64,000 nt of DNA from Vicugna vicugna (lineage: Eukaryota): the NCBI GenBank assembly GCA_013265495.1, contig MU058781.1, forward strand, positions 2,148,158 to 2,212,157, written 5' to 3'. The notes beneath the pieces were generated by a model that did not search any database, had not been told where the DNA came from, and saw nothing but the letters and a program-made list of their open reading frames with translations. Of this stretch, positions 63,821 to 64,000 are shown piece after piece (the stretch's first letter is position 1; every line of letters starts with the position of its first letter). Made by a program: the position numbers and the translations under genes.

Positions 63821-64000
63821 CCCAAGTTCTAAGGGAAATATTAGAGTCAGTAACTGTGCTCTAGGTGTTTTTCCTTCCCCTGATTTTGGGTGCACTCTCT
63901 TAGATGCCTGGCTCCCGTGTTGCTCAGATCCTAAGCTATCTCAGCCTGGTATGCATCTCCTTGCCAGTGCCCTACATCAACTCTCTTTCCTTCCCTATTT

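Noticed and set aside
1..64000. CRISPR arrays, operons, rRNA/snRNA genes or a novel multi-gene system
   Set aside because: No repeat-spacer periodicity, long ORFs or structural-RNA matches seen. Small exons or miRNAs cannot be excluded without alignment.

Overview
This is mammalian non-coding DNA (intergenic or deep intronic), AT-rich and CpG-depleted. I see no convincing protein-coding exon, tRNA/rRNA/snRNA gene or CRISPR array. The only recognisable peptides in the ORF track are decayed LINE-1 ORF1/ORF2 pieces. The window is a layered record of transposable elements: ancient MIR/L2, hAT and Tigger/mariner DNA transposons, MaLR and ERVL LTRs, an ERVL gag remnant, ERV1-class LTRs, and several age classes of 5'-truncated L1 with readable target-site duplications (TSDs). 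The young L1 3' ends, together with no Alu/B1/BovA/PRE1/CanSINE copies that I could see, suggest a cetartiodactyl, most likely a camelid (inference). Best structural observation: a MER41-like ERV1 provirus (28490-29841, minus strand) that keeps its 4-bp TSD, full 5' LTR, tRNA-Lys primer site, leader and a 35-bp stub of the 3' LTR, with everything else deleted. Also notable are a candidate L1 3' transduction, a CpG-enriched IRF/ETS/kB motif cluster at 14.4-16.0 kb, and a strong CTCF motif. I did not find evidence for a new biological system. Repeat family names come from remembered consensus sequences, not from a database search, and boundaries without TSDs are approximate.
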